Of a stretch of 64,000 nucleotides of DNA, positions 1 through 12,794 are shown piece by piece. The notes under the pieces were generated by a model, which saw only the letters and a program-made list of their open reading frames with translations, was not told the origin of the DNA and did not search any database. The number at the start of each line of letters is the position of its first letter. Position 1 is the stretch's first letter. The position numbers and the translations under genes were made by a program. Source of the stretch: Hamiltosporidium tvaerminnensis FI-OER-3-3 (lineage: Eukaryota; Fungi; Microsporidia); contig CM061246.1 in the NCBI GenBank assembly GCA_022605425.2, positions 1,550,001 to 1,614,000 on the forward strand. Direction: 5' to 3'.

Positions 1-2
1 TG

Positions 3-371
3 TTATGGAGTGATCCGGATTCTGCTGTAAATGGATGGGGATCTAATGAAAGAGGAGTTTCAGTAACTTTTGGTTGTGATATTGTACAAGAATTTTTGGA
101 TAAACACGAATTGGATTTGATTTGTAGAGCTCACCAGGTTGTAGAGGAGGGGTATGAATTTTTTGCTTCTAGAGGACTTGTAACTATTTTTTCTGCACCG
201 AATTACTGTGGAGAATTTGATAATGCAGGGGCCATCATGAATGTAGATGAAGAACTCGTTTGTAGTTTTCAAGTTTTAAAACCAACACCAGAAAAACTGT
301 TTAATAGTGGAATATCTGCTCAGCATTCTAAAAAACAACTTACTCCCCCAAGACCAAGCACGAGAAGATAA
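3..371 (+). CDS. GLC7: Ser/Thr protein phosphatase PP1 catalytic subunit, 3' part (starts before the window)
   Basis: Frame open from base 3: LWSDPD...[14 protein letters not shown]...[18 protein letters not shown]...[21 protein letters not shown], the canonical PP1 C-terminal motifs. Confidence 0.95.
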   Translation, partial: LWSDPDSAVNGWGSNERGVSVTFGCDIVQEFLDKHELDLICRAHQVVEEGYEFFASRGLVTIFSAPNYCGEFDNAGAIMNVDEELVCSFQVLKPTPEKLFNSGISAQHSKKQLTPPRPSTRR

Positions 372-539
372 TTAGAATAATTATTTAATAAAATATTTGT
401 TTAAGGAATTTTTTAGAAGAAAATTATGTTGTATATTGTTTTTAATAAAAATTTAAAATTTGTGTGAAGAATTTATTTAAGAAACAAATTTAAAAAAGAA
501 TTTTAGTTAATTTTAAGTAATTATTCGAATTTTTAAGAC

Positions 540-960
540 ATAAATTTAAAAAAAATGAATTCTATATTTTTAATTTTGAGTATATTTTAAGTATTTAAAT
601 GAGAAATAATTTGAAAAATGAATTCTATATTTTTAATTGTAATTTACTATTCAACATTTAAATGAGAAATAATTTGAAAAATGAATTCTATATTTTTAAT
701 TGTAAGTATGTATTAAGTATTCAATTGAGAAATAAATTTGAAAAATGAATTCGCAGATTTTAATTGTAATTTACTATTCAACATTTAAATGTGAAATAAT
801 TTGAAAAATAAATTCTATATTTTTAATTTTAAGTATATATTAAGTATTCAATTGAGAAATAAATTTAAAAAGAATGAAAAGCTGGTTTTAGTTTTAGTCG
901 ATAGTCAGTATTCAATTAAGAAATAAATTTAAAAAGAATTAATTCGCTGCTTTTAATCAT
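540..960. repeat. AT-rich minisatellite, ~63-bp unit, ~6-7 copies
   Basis: GAGAAATAATTTGAAAAATGAATTC-like core recurs at ~601, 664, 727, 791, 854 and 918. Confidence 0.85.
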
Positions 961-1234
961 TTATAATTTTTAAAGATCTAAATGGGAAAGCGAATTCTCT
1001 ATTTTTTTTATTGATTCATTAATTAGAGATTTCGTTGAGAAAAAAATTTTTAAAATTTGGTATTTTTCATGCCTACAATTCAACACACATTTATATTCGT
1101 TATTTTGGGAAATATTTTTATTTGCGTGGTAAGAAAAAATATTAAAATTTTTTTTGAAATAAATGGTTAATAAATTTGTATTTGTTCTAACGAAAAGAAC
1201 ATAAAAATAATTTAATTCTAACAATTACTTTTAA

Positions 1235-1952
1235 AATAAAATACGTAAAAATTTTAAAATAGTGGCAAGTGTTATATTGTTTTCATGACATTAATGCAGT
1301 TCTTGGTTTGATATAAATAACCGCTACCCCAACACACTATCGATGCTACCTTTTATACCGCCATCCTAAGGCCTTTGATCTAAAAAGTAATTAACCAAAT
1401 TAATGGGCAAGAAAGTTGCTTTGAATTCATTAATGTTAGTTGTATAAAGTATTTCAGTAGGTATAACCCAACTTTGGGCTCCCCCAAGACTATACAGCAT
1501 TCCCACTTACTCTACACTTTCTGAACCTAATAAACTTCTAGCTAAGATATATTTCAGAGACGTAAATAGGGTCCACCTAGACAGTGCAATGTCATATCAA
1601 CCGGTATAACTTGCTACTTAGTATCCTGATCTTTAAATGGTTTTTTGTTTTATATTTCCCAGGCGCATAGTCTTCTAACCCGAGTGAGCAAGGCTAGGGC
1701 TCTATGCTTTTGCATAGTAATTACCTACAAGTTCGGCTAGGTCAACAATCTAGTAACATTAGAAACACAAAATAGATTTGAAGGAAAAAATTCGGCATTT
1801 CAAAGACCATCTTCTTCTCATACAAACCTCATAGAACAACCAAAAATTAGCGTATTTTTATTCCTATCGAATCCAAATTTGATTTCATTAACCGATTTCA
1901 CATACTCATTGCCAAACAGATGGTTTTTTATGGAGTCATCCTCCCTCCACTC
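1235..1952 (-). mobile_element. Long non-coding SINE-like element (family L), diverged copy
   Basis: Colinear with 29074-29811. Degenerate flanking duplication AACAATTACTTTTAA (1220-1234) / AACAATAACATTTAA (1953-1967). Confidence 0.85.
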
Positions 1953-1984
1953 AACAATAACATTTAATGATCAAATAATTAAAA

Positions 1985-2225
1985 CATTTAATTTATTTAA
2001 TTAAAATCGGGGTTAATAGAATTTCACTCTTTTATATAGTTTCTTTCCCCATTTTAACAACTTTGTTAGCTTCCTTTAAATCTGAATCTTCGTTAATATT
2101 TATAGTCGGTTTTTTTACAGTGGTTGGTTACGTTCATTAAAAATAAGGGGTATAATATTTTTTGTATTTTCTATTTTAGCATCATCTTCCTGGTTGTCTA
2201 CTTGTTTTAAACAGAGTGTTGATTG
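1985..2225 (-). mobile_element. 3' fragment of the RLE non-LTR retrotransposon
   Basis: Reverse complement resembles 26810-27046 (acidic-tail coding region and TTAACCC...TTTTA.TAAATAAA end). Confidence 0.7.
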
Positions 2226-2360
2226 TTAAAACATTTAAAAATAGAATCTAAATATAAAATTACAAAAAGAAAATATTTAAAAAAATCATAATTTTATATT
2301 TAGAATTGACAATAAACTTTTTATTTGGTAGAATAGAAATTAATTAAAATTAGTTCTGAA

Positions 2361-3671
2361 TTAGAGATATTTTCTACAATTTATAGATTTACAATTACAT
2401 GAAGTTTTTGTTTTACTTTTATCAGAACTAAAATTATAATTTAAAGTTATTTCTTCATTTTTAAAAATTTCTATTTGCGAATGAATAATTATTTTTGAAA
2501 TTCCATTTTCATATACTTTTTTAGTAAATGAATTTGGTAAACACGAATGATTTATGAATCTTGACAAACTACCTTTCATTGTAGCATCTATAATTATGTC
2601 TTTTTCTATTCTAAAAAGATATATTGATGTGATTCCATTTTCTATATATGTTTTTTCCCTTTTGTCTGCCATTCTTTCTCCTATTAATTCTCCGATATAT
2701 TCTATTATTCTAGTATTTGGTGGAATATCTTGATTTGCAAACAAACCTCTACCATGAATGCTAGAATTTTTTAAATATAAATGAACAAATGATTTCATAT
2801 CGATGTATTTTAAAAACAATGGAATTTTTATTTGTTCGGTTGTTGCATTTATTGAATTTTTAGTCATTTCCAATATATTATTTGTGTTATAATTATGTAT
2901 AATGGCTTTGTCTTCTTCTGAATTAAAATATTTCTTACTATCCATCTTAAAACGCTTGATTATTTTTATTTTGTTTTTATTTACAATTTTATTGAACTCC
3001 TGTTTTGTAAAAATATTTTTAAAAATAAGAAAATCTTTGTAAATAAACCAACCATCAAATATTTTGAAGAAAATAGGATTATTTTTAAATCCGAAAATTA
3101 CTTTGTCTTCAAAAAATTCGAGTTTATATTTTTCTAAATTTTTATAGTCTCTGATATTTTTCATGTATTTTAAAATGCTTGTATTCAAATAAATATTTAA
3201 GTTGAAGAGTGTTCGAAAGTTAGTAATCTTTGTGTTTTTATTATAAATTTCTAGTTTATAATCACAATTCAAATTATAAGATTTTTTTACTTCGAATAAT
3301 AAAAATTTTAATAAATCGGCACCTAAAACGTGGGTTTTATAATATGAAGGGCGACTGGTATTTTGATGATTTAGATGAGTAAATATTATAGTTTTGGTTC
3401 TTAAATATTTTTTTATAAAATTTATTTTCAGTTTTACCAAATTTAACAACCGATTTCTCATTTTCTTACTAAATTTAATAAAAAATGCATTTGAATTTCT
3501 TTGTAAAACTGAACTCGAAATATTTTGTGTTTTGTGAATAATATTATTGTTTTTAACATTCTTTTTATGGAAATAATATAATTTAAAGATTCTCTTAAAG
3601 GGGAATGTGGTGTATTTTGTAGGATTAAATAAAAAAATGGCCAAAAAATGATTTTCGTTTTTTCTTGGCAT
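2361..3671 (-). CDS. Set1-like SET/post-SET histone methyltransferase
   Basis: SSIHGRGLFA, IEYIGELI, YLFRI, DATMKGSLSRFINHSCLPN and post-SET CNCKSINCRKYL; CCC motif upstream of the ATG. Confidence 0.9.
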   Translation of the reverse strand: MPRKNENHFLAIFLFNPTKYTTFPFKRIFKLYYFHKKNVKNNNIIHKTQNISSSVLQRNSNAFFIKFSKKMRNRLLNLVKLKINFIKKYLRTKTIIFTHLNHQNTSRPSYYKTHVLGADLLKFLLFEVKKSYNLNCDYKLEIYNKNTKITNFRTLFNLNIYLNTSILKYMKNIRDYKNLEKYKLEFFEDKVIFGFKNNPIFFKIFDGWFIYKDFLIFKNIFTKQEFNKIVNKNKIKIIKRFKMDSKKYFNSEEDKAIIHNYNTNNILEMTKNSINATTEQIKIPLFLKYIDMKSFVHLYLKNSSIHGRGLFANQDIPPNTRIIEYIGELIGERMADKREKTYIENGITSIYLFRIEKDIIIDATMKGSLSRFINHSCLPNSFTKKVYENGISKIIIHSQIEIFKNEEITLNYNFSSDKSKTKTSCNCKSINCRKYL

Positions 3672-4591
3672 ATTCTTGGTAGGGTTAGGGTAACAAATAT
3701 GTTTTAAGATTCAACAAATATTTATTTTTAAAAAATAAATTGGAAATTTTTTGATTGAAATTGTTTCGCGCCTAACACAAAGTAAATTAAATGCAAATTT
3801 TAATTTCTAAATTGTGAATTTCTTTAAAAAAGAGAATAAAAAATCATAGTTTTCGAAACTCAAATATCGTTCTTTACTACTTTATTTTGTTATATCAGTT
3901 TATTTTTATCGGTATTAACGTCATTTCATGATTATTCGCTGATTTAAATATTTTATTTTGAATTGGTAACCAGGCTTGAGTTTTCGATCATCAACAGATG
4001 ATTCATCGTAGAATTAAATAAATTTCTAAAGCACACTATTTACCAATATAGTGGTATACTATTGTGCAACCCAATCATTATGCCCAATATTTTTGCTAGC
4101 ATCATATTTAATTCTCAAATCTATTGATTTAAAAATGTTTCTGAATAATAACGAACATTCAGGAATATTAAGATAAATCGGATTTAAAATCTTAGTTGAA
4201 AATTAAATTCCTGATACTCGCAAGCATTGGAATTTAAGCGATAAATATGAAAAATGTGAAGACTCACTACAAGTATGCTCAATTAATATGCGAAAAAGCC
4301 ATAATAAAAATTATTTCAGTCATATATATCAGAAGAAGATTTAAATAATTCTTATTTTAAAATATTTTCCTAAAAATTATTTTATTATCATAAAAATTAG
4401 AGTTTATTCTGATTTTTATACTTTTTATGAAGGTTTTTCCATTCATTTTCTTCAAAATTTTTTATAATTTTTCTGGATAAAAAAAAACTGCAAAGTTTTT
4501 TCTTAAAATTCAAAGACAGCATTTTGAGTAATTATTTCACCCCAGTTGTTAATAAAATATTTTTGAAGCCTGTTTACGATGCTTAATAATT

Positions 4592-4829
4592 CTTTTTTTA
4601 TCCTTGACAATACAGGCCTACACGAGCATTAGCCGTTTCAGTAATACCGCCCATCTGTCTTTTTCCAGTCGGTTTGTTTACTTTGTCGGGTTTCGTAACA
4701 AGGTAGTTTTAAAGGGTAGGTTGTTAGTCCTTCGCACAACCTCAACCTGGAGAGCCAGTCCCTTTTAGGCAATTCTTACGACAATCAGAGAATACTCCAA
4801 CCCAATTCTGCCTCGGCATGGTGGGGAAA
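4592..4829 (-). mobile_element. Short internally deleted RTE-type non-autonomous retroelement
   Basis: GC-richer island. The minus strand has TTGTCGTAAGA...CTAAAAGGG and CTCCAGGTTGAGGTTGTGCGAAGGACTAACAACC, resembling RTE 5'-UTR motifs as I recall them, joined to an RTE-like 3' end (GGCTAATGCTCGTGTAGGCCTGTA plus A-rich tail). Degenerate TSD CTTAATAATT (4582-4591) / CTCAATAACT (4830-4839). Confidence 0.55.
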
Positions 4830-6208
4830 CTCAATAACTTACCAAATAAATATTAAAACAGATTAAATAGTCTAATACAGTATTTTATCCTTGCAAAATT
4901 CTTGATACAAATATTATAACAATGACTATATTATTTGCTTCTAATCAAAATTTTCCATTTTTACAATTATTATTAAATTCTGATGAACTATTTCAGAATT
5001 TTTCTATTTAATTTAAATTTTCTACAACCATAAACATACACAGTTAAACGTATATAAATAACTGTTTTATACCTCAATGTATTTTCAAAAATCAAGATAT
5101 CTTAACACATATTCAATAGAACAATTTCTAAATTATACAAATATATTTATGTTTTATTATTTTTTTCGTAAAATACTACTTAATTTAATACACTCCTTTG
5201 CGCTTTTTTGATTGATGTTCTATTTATGATATTTTCCACATTTTTAAACTGTTTTTTCTATTAGTTTTGATGTTATTTATGATTTTTTTTTAAACTTTTT
5301 TTCATTTCATATATTAGTCGGTATTATAAAGAAAATGAATATTATGATAGGTTTTTGTAATGGTAAGGATTAATCAGAAGAGTATTATATTTAAGATTTA
5401 ACGTTTGGTATAAATTAATCTTTTTTTGTTGGAAATAAATGAATTTAAGTATCCTATTGTGAATTATAGACATGATGTATTTCTTAATTCTTATTTATGT
5501 TGATGCTTCCTAGATTAAACTGTTATATTTATATCCGTTCAAATTTTCAAATAAGGAATTATTTCAACACAAAATCATTTTACAGGTTTGATAACTTGTT
5601 TATATTTTTTCAAAATAGATTACATTTTAATAAAGCGAATGATTCATGAAGTTTAACTTGCTTTTTTTATCATTAAGATCCATATTCATATTGAACAATC
5701 TGTTGCCTTTGTAATATTCTTTATTAAAACTTTACTTACACTATCAGATGCTCAGATATATCTTTTATCTCTTTCGTCTTTTCTGGTTGATATTCTAATT
5801 TTGTTTGCGAAAAACTTCGAAATAACGAAGCCAAACACTCTATTCTTAATTTAGTTCTTCAGTTCACTTGAATATATTCTATTTTTACATACACCCTGGG
5901 CCTTGATTGTTACCAAAAAGATCAATAAAATATCAGGGTATGAAGTTAGGTAAAATTAGGTATTAAGGTATTTCTTGTATGCTTGACATGTAATATTATA
6001 CAATATTGCATATTTCTAATTATTTTAAGGAAGCATGATAACTACTTTGTTGTGACAATGGTTTTAATCAGAAATAGATATCCCTGTTAAATCTACCAAA
6101 CCAGAAAAATTACTGGCATATTCTTCGATACTCGACTGAGTCTAAATGCATCTGGAGTTTATAACAATGAGCATAAATCTATATTTTGGCCGAATAATCA
6201 GTTCAACA

Positions 6209-6438
6209 TGCTTAAATACTTACTTATTACATTCCTCTTTTACCTCTCGGTGTTAAAGATGATCAAATAAAAATTTCCATTTGTTTCCTTTAATCTGTGT
6301 GATTTAAGACTAAAAGGGATTGGCCTATGAATCCAGTGTGGTTTATATCCCATCAAAATTCCAAAAATGTTTTTCAAACAATTCTACATACCTACTGGTG
6401 AGCAGATAGTTTTTAATGTGGTTATCCTCCCTCAATCA
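6209..6438 (-). mobile_element. Short SINE-like element (family S)
   Basis: Colinear with 15881-16113 and 42975-43196; TAAG-type tail; flanking duplication AGTTCAACA (6200-6208 / 6439-6447). Confidence 0.8.
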
Positions 6439-7229
6439 AGTTCAACAGACTACTATATTTAAATAGATAATCCATGATTTTATTTAAAAAAAACAAATTT
6501 TTGACCAAAAAAATATTCACATATAATATTTCTAAGAAAAAATTGCAAAATTTTAAGTTCTATTATAATCTCAAAATTTTACATAAGGTACTTATATTTC
6601 ATTTATATACAGGGGTATTCGATTTAAGATAATATTTGAGCTTAGACTTTATTTTTATTAATTAGACTTTTTGAACAACAAAATCTGTCAAAATATTAAA
6701 AAGGGCATAATTTGTATTAAGAATTGTGACATTTATATTTTTTTTTGCTTTATCTCAATATATTAAATTAATTAAACAGTTTTTGTCTAAAACAGACGAA
6801 ATTTATCAAATATTTTAAGATATTGCTCTTTTATGCCTTACGATACCCGTCACCGCTATTATATCATTGTTTTTTATATTCTTGACTCTTCTAATATAGT
6901 TTGACAACGAATATAATTTTCTTTGTTATCAGCAGAAACTAAAGATTTGATAATTTTGCTTTATTAGTTTATAAAAATATTCTGCCAGTTTGAAGTAAAT
7001 ATGAATAGAAATATGGTTTGCTCATTGGTATTTGTGTCGTTTTAACAATTTTGGGTGCTCTTTCTTCTTTTATCCGCATTATCTTTTACAATTATCTTTG
7101 TCGCCCAAAAGAAATAAAAAAATGCCCTTTTTGTACTGTGGTTATTATTCTTATTTTAACAGGCATTTAAAGCCTTTTAAGATACCTTTGTTATTTTGAA
7201 AACCTTTCAGATGTAATCCAATAAAATAT

Positions 7230-8400
7230 CATCTGTATACTGCAAATAAAATAATACCAAGTCATTTGTCAATTTGTCTTAATTCTTTAGGGTTTCCGTC
7301 TCAAAAATCAGAATAAAAAATGGAAAGTGATTCCTACTTCACTGTGCGTTAACTCATTCAATTTCTAAAAAGAGAATATATAGGATAAAATTATTCGAAT
7401 TTGAAACACACTTAGTACTTGAGTGTCATGCTTATTTTTAGATTCTCAAAGCAAGAATTTCTTACAGAATGACTCCAAATTTGTTCTGAAGGCTTGAACT
7501 TATATTTATTTAATAGAAGTACATTGGAATCGAGAAACCTTTCATTTTGGTGTCTAGCATGGTTCTAGCAGATTTTTTAGGCACCTAGCCTCTAAATAAC
7601 AATCGATTTTTACAGCTTATAATAAATTATAGTATTTGTTCATAAAAAATCGCCTCGTCAAGTAATTTGTGTTTCTATCTTCAGGATATCTTAAAGAATA
7701 ACTTATAATGAAAAGTTATTATTTCTAACATAAGATCTAATATTCAGCTTTCTATTAACTTATAAAACTTTTCAAGTTGACCTTTTGATGATATACTTTT
7801 TTTTGGGGGTCTTTGAAAAGCACATATCAACATTAAAAATGCCTTTTTTCAGTACCAAATAGATTGATTATTTATTTATATCTTTGGGTTCTAACTTTCT
7901 GTTAAATTTCTTTGCTTTTTCTCGAAAAAATAAGCGACCAAAGGGTTTTGTTCACACCGCGACTTAACATTATATTAACTTATTTTGTGTTCGTTCTGGA
8001 TAGATAAAAATTCCTTTTGGATTCTGGTCAAGGATGCACAGATTTCTTCATTTACCCCGCAAGCACCTAATCTGTAGCTGGCATCAATAGACTAGTCAAG
8101 ATATAACCCTTTATAATTTATTAAAATATTGTTTGCTCATCAATCTTACAAAAGAAATTATCCAATCTAATTATGCTTAAGAATGTTTTCGAACTTATTG
8201 CAAGTGATTTTTTCTTCTCTTTTTTAAATTAAGCATGTGATTGTTATTTTCGGCTTTATTTTATCATTCTTAAACACTTTTAAGCACGAATATTTCTAAA
8301 TGAGTACCAGTATGTTCGTTATAAGTATCTCTGCTGGCAGGTCTCTCTTTGATTCCTTTTAAGCCTATTTTGATAAAGATTATTCGTTTTAAGGCCACCT
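7230..8400 (-). mobile_element. Heavily decayed RLE retrotransposon copy
   Basis: Minus-strand patches match the 25470-27046 element in order: GAAGTAGGAATCACTT (~7330), GTAAGAAATTCTTG (~7460), ATATCCTGAAGATAGAAA (~7680). Boundaries uncertain. Confidence 0.55.
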
Positions 8401-9527
8401 AAGTTACTTAATCTATCGTTACAACAAATCTTTAGACAATCGATGAAAAATAAAGGATTTTTAGTATAAAAATCTGTTTATCTATGTATTGCAACTTTTT
8501 GATTTTTCCTAACGAACTTGCGATTCGATTTATCTTTATGCACAATACAAAAAAAGAGATAAAAAATGTTCTCTTTGTAGAATTTATCTCTCTGTATTTT
8601 ATGACTCCTAATGTTGTTTTGATATAAAAATTTTATTATTTTAATGTTGATATTTTTAAAAATATTTTGAATTTAATTAAGATATTTCGAATAAAGATGT
8701 ATTTTATTTAATATCCATGATATTTCAAACAATAGAATTTTGTCGAGTTTGAATCTTATATTTGATACTCTTTGTATTAGAGAAAATTTATGTGTGATCG
8801 TTTTTTTAGCCAATTAATTACTGCCTCTAAATAAGATCCTCACACACCCAACATTACCCCTGTTATGCTCATTAAGCTCGGTTAATTTCTCATATATTTT
8901 TACATCCCTGTTTATTCATGATATTTTACATATTCCCCTTTGTTTTGAATAATTCCATAGGACCCTTACTATCATAATAATTCAAGTAATCACCGGTTAT
9001 CCTTAATTTATTCCATCTAAGGCACACAAAAATTTAAAAAAGTAATATTTTTTTCATAATTTAATATGGGGTCAGATAAAAAAACTTTTATACTTAGAAA
9101 ATTCAAATTCTTCTAAAACAATCTTTTAAAATTTTTGGAGAACAAAATGTAAATATATTGTATGTGAAAATTTATAATCTAAAAAGATGCAATATTATAG
9201 CTGCAAACAAACAAATTTGGAGTTAAATATGTTTTATAAGATATTTAAAAGTATTCATGTATCGCCTTTACAGTTTTTTACATCAAACATGTTGTTCCTC
9301 AAAATAGCTGAAAACGCTAAAAACCGAATTTCGTAACCCCTGTCAAGCCATCCAGATAAAAGGTACTGTTGATAGAGACTTGCTCTATGATTTAAATAAA
9401 AGAACATAAAACCCCGTGCAACTAAAGACTATTTATTGAAGTATATTTGTTATTATTCTGCCTTCAAGTTCTATATTCCTTTTCTTCCAAATTGGGCTTG
9501 AATAAAATACTTTTTATATTTTATAAG

Positions 9528-10262
9528 CAAGGAGAGGGAGGATAACCAATAAAAATGATATGCTTGGCAATAAGTATGTGAAATTGGTGCGAAGATAATT
9601 GTTTGGATTTTTAGTAGAAATTAAACCACATTACATTTTCGATAGTTCCATGGTAATTGTTATGAGGAGAAGAAGAAGGTCTACGAAGAGGCGAAACATT
9701 CTTCTAAAAATTTATTTCGTGTTTTTTATGCAACTATATCGAAGACCGCAGGTGAAATTGTAGGTAATTGCCATGTAAAAGCATGGAAACCTAACCCTTC
9801 TCACACAGGTTAGAAGACACAGGACCGGTTTATATATAAAATTACCTCCTTGAAAAGACAATTAATACTAAGTAGCAGGTTATACCTGTTGGTATGACAT
9901 TGCACTGTCTAGGTAGACCCATGTAATTCTTTGAAATATATATTGGCTAGAAGTTCATTGCGTTCAGAAAGTGTAGAGTAAGTGGGAATGCTGCATAGTT
10001 TTTGGGGAGTCCAGGATAAGCTTTTGCCTTCGATCACACACCATGCAACTGATATTAACGAACTTCAAGCAACTTCCTCGCCTATTACTTGGGTCTACAC
10101 TCATTTTAGATTAAAGTCTTTGGGATGTAAGTATCGTAGGCGATACCAATGGAGTGTTGGGGCAGCAGTTATTTATGTCAAACCTAGAAAATTCTAATGT
10201 CATGAAAACAAATATAACACTTGCCACTGTTATAAAAAGATGAAGTATTTTCATGTAAACAA
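9528..10262 (+). mobile_element. Long non-coding SINE-like element (family L)
   Basis: Colinear with 27297-28025; perfect 12-bp TSD ATATTTTATAAG at 9516-9527 and 10263-10274. Confidence 0.9.
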
Positions 10263-11885
10263 ATATTTTATAAGAACACGTAATAATCATCATTATATAC
10301 TAGAAAACTGCCCCAAATTATTGTAAAAAGGGTAATGAGTCACGATTTTGGTTTTTTTGTCTATTTCATAGCTTTTTACAGAAAAGTTTATTTTAAAGGA
10401 ACACACCTTTCGACATGCGGCTTGATTTTTTGCTGTCTGTACACATTCTTCTATAATCCTGGAACTCGTTGGTCAACTGTAAATTTCCTCACAAATTTCT
10501 TTATATTATCAGTTATTATGTTGGTTCTCAGGATTACATGTTCAATTGCATTTTCAAGTATATTAGATACAATCACTTATCTCACTGTGTATTTACACTC
10601 TTATTTTCTTTTGTAAAATGCACGGAGTCTATTCGATAAAAGGCAACACTAATCTACTTTTTTTCAGTTATTGAGTTTCTAGAAGGGGAATTATTAAATC
10701 ATTGTTGCGCAAGGAAAAGCATAAATAAAGCCTTATTGATTAATGTAGGTATTATACGTTACATATGCAAAAAAACGTCCAAAAGATGCGTGATCTACCA
10801 TTTTATGATGACAAATAAAATTTTTTTAATGCATATTTTGTATCTAACCTAAAGTTTAAACTGATCTTGCGCTTTTATATTTCGTTATCTTAAATGCATA
10901 ACTTGATACTTAGATCAATTAAAAACGGTTCAAAAGTACATTCTTAAACAACATATCCATATAGAATAACATTTCTACGAAAAACATAAGTTTCTAAACA
11001 CAATCCTAGTGAATTTTTCACTGAATGTATTGTCTATTTGTTATCTAAAAGCTCGAAATATTTTGTATATGTGTAAATCACCTTCTGATTTTAGCAAAAT
11101 TTATAATTTTGATCTGTTTATCTCTTGAGATCAACATAATTCTATATTATATCCAATTTCTAAATATTTTATTAGAACTTCTACTTTTTTCTGTTTTTAT
11201 AACTTACCTTTTTTAGAATTTTGTTACTATATATCTATTTATATTTGAAACTCATAATGCAGAAGAAGAGGAAATGGTTGGTTTAAAAATTTTGAATAAA
11301 TCTATATACCGTGTTATATGTTATTTGCCTGTATCTAGTAGTTCATAATATCTTTTCATTTCACAAATACCAACAAACGCAGAAAACTTTTAAAGAAAGA
11401 AATGAAAAGGGTAAAATAAATTTCGTCTGATTTGTATTCATATTTAGCACATCTTAACTTTTTTTAAAAAAGCAAATTCAAAAGAAAGAGATATGAAATA
11501 ACGAAAATGAATGTAGAATCGAAAGATTAAGGAAATATGTGAAATAAATGAAAGACTGGATATCGAAATAATAGAATAATATAAAAAATAAAGATTGATA
11601 AAAATATAAAAAGTATTAGTAAATATCAATGGTTCTGTTGGACATGGGAAATTTACTGGGCCATGATATTAAATACCCATTATTTGCCCATATTAGCTTT
11701 TTTAAAGGAAACCATTTTCTCTTACGCCACAAGAAAATGGCACTTTTTAAGAACTTAATCTTCAATCATTGCATAAAAGCAAAAATTTATAGAAAAAAGA
11801 TTAGGAAAAAATACATGGTTTTTGAAAAAAAATTGTTATAAAATGAAGAATATTTAACTAACTTTAAGACCTATTTATTAATAAA

Positions 11886-12794
11886 CTAATTAGTAGGATT
11901 AAAAAAACTATTAAAATAAACAGAGTTTTTCTTATTAATACCATTGTCTTTAAAATTAATATTTTTATTTTCTCTATCAGAATTCTCTTCCGAATTGACA
12001 AGACTTCTAATTTTAATACAAATAGCTCTGAGTCTTACAAAAGAGGCTTCGCTTCCCACGATACTTTGCATTTCTTGTAAAAGACACTTTTGTTCATCAA
12101 AAAGATCCTGAAGAATTTCTTCCTTGCCTTTTCTGACAAATTTATTGTAAAATTTTTTAATATTTTCTCGCCCGAATGTTTTTTCGGTTGAAGAAATAAA
12201 TTTATAAGCACTGGATGGATCAAAAAACTTTATTAAATATTTTCCTGGTTTCAACATCCTGACTTCTGATACGCTTCCAAATTCTTTACAGTAATCTGAT
12301 ATAATAACATCATCCCATAAATCTTCAGGAAGATTATTTAAAATTACTTCTTTATTTGAAAATTTTGTGTCATTTTTAATTCTTTTATTTGGTTCTGTTT
12401 CAAATTCTCTTTTTCTAATATTATTGTTGTTATTAAATACTTCTCTTCTTGCTTCAATATTTTTATAATCCGCACCTTCTGCTTCATTTTCATGTAAGAA
12501 AATACAATTATCCCCTCTTTTACACCTCTCGCCATCTCTACAAATTCTTTTTTTAAACATAAATAATTTTCCAACAAAATTTCTTGTTTTATCTTTCAAA
12601 TACGGTTCAATTTTCTCCAATAAAGCAGCATAACAATCATTTTCGTCATTCTCCGCAACCGTTTCTTCAATAACACAGCATATTCTTTTATATTCATCGG
12701 AATCGTTCATTTCTCTTTTTACCATATTTCTAAGTGCATCTGGTAGAGGAATAGTGATTCTATTTGTGTTTCTTTTGATTTCTTCGTTCATCAT
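11886..12794 (-). CDS. RNA-binding protein with PWI-like, CCCH zinc-finger and RRM domains (RBM26/27-like architecture)
   Basis: IEPYLKDKTRNFVGKLF (PWI-like end), CRDGERCKRGDNCIFLH (CCCH), VILNNLP...FGSV...YLIKF (RRM); CCC upstream. Confidence 0.75.
   Translation of the reverse strand: MMNEEIKRNTNRITIPLPDALRNMVKREMNDSDEYKRICCVIEETVAENDENDCYAALLEKIEPYLKDKTRNFVGKLFMFKKRICRDGERCKRGDNCIFLHENEAEGADYKNIEARREVFNNNNNIRKREFETEPNKRIKNDTKFSNKEVILNNLPEDLWDDVIISDYCKEFGSVSEVRMLKPGKYLIKFFDPSSAYKFISSTEKTFGRENIKKFYNKFVRKGKEEILQDLFDEQKCLLQEMQSIVGSEASFVRLRAICIKIRSLVNSEENSDRENKNINFKDNGINKKNSVYFNSFFNPTN

Noticed and set aside
540-960. CRISPR-like array
   Set aside because: Whole units repeat with no unique spacers; eukaryotic context and no cas genes.
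6607-6630. Tc1/mariner-like end TACAGGGGTATTC
   Set aside because: No convincing partner TIR or transposase remnant.
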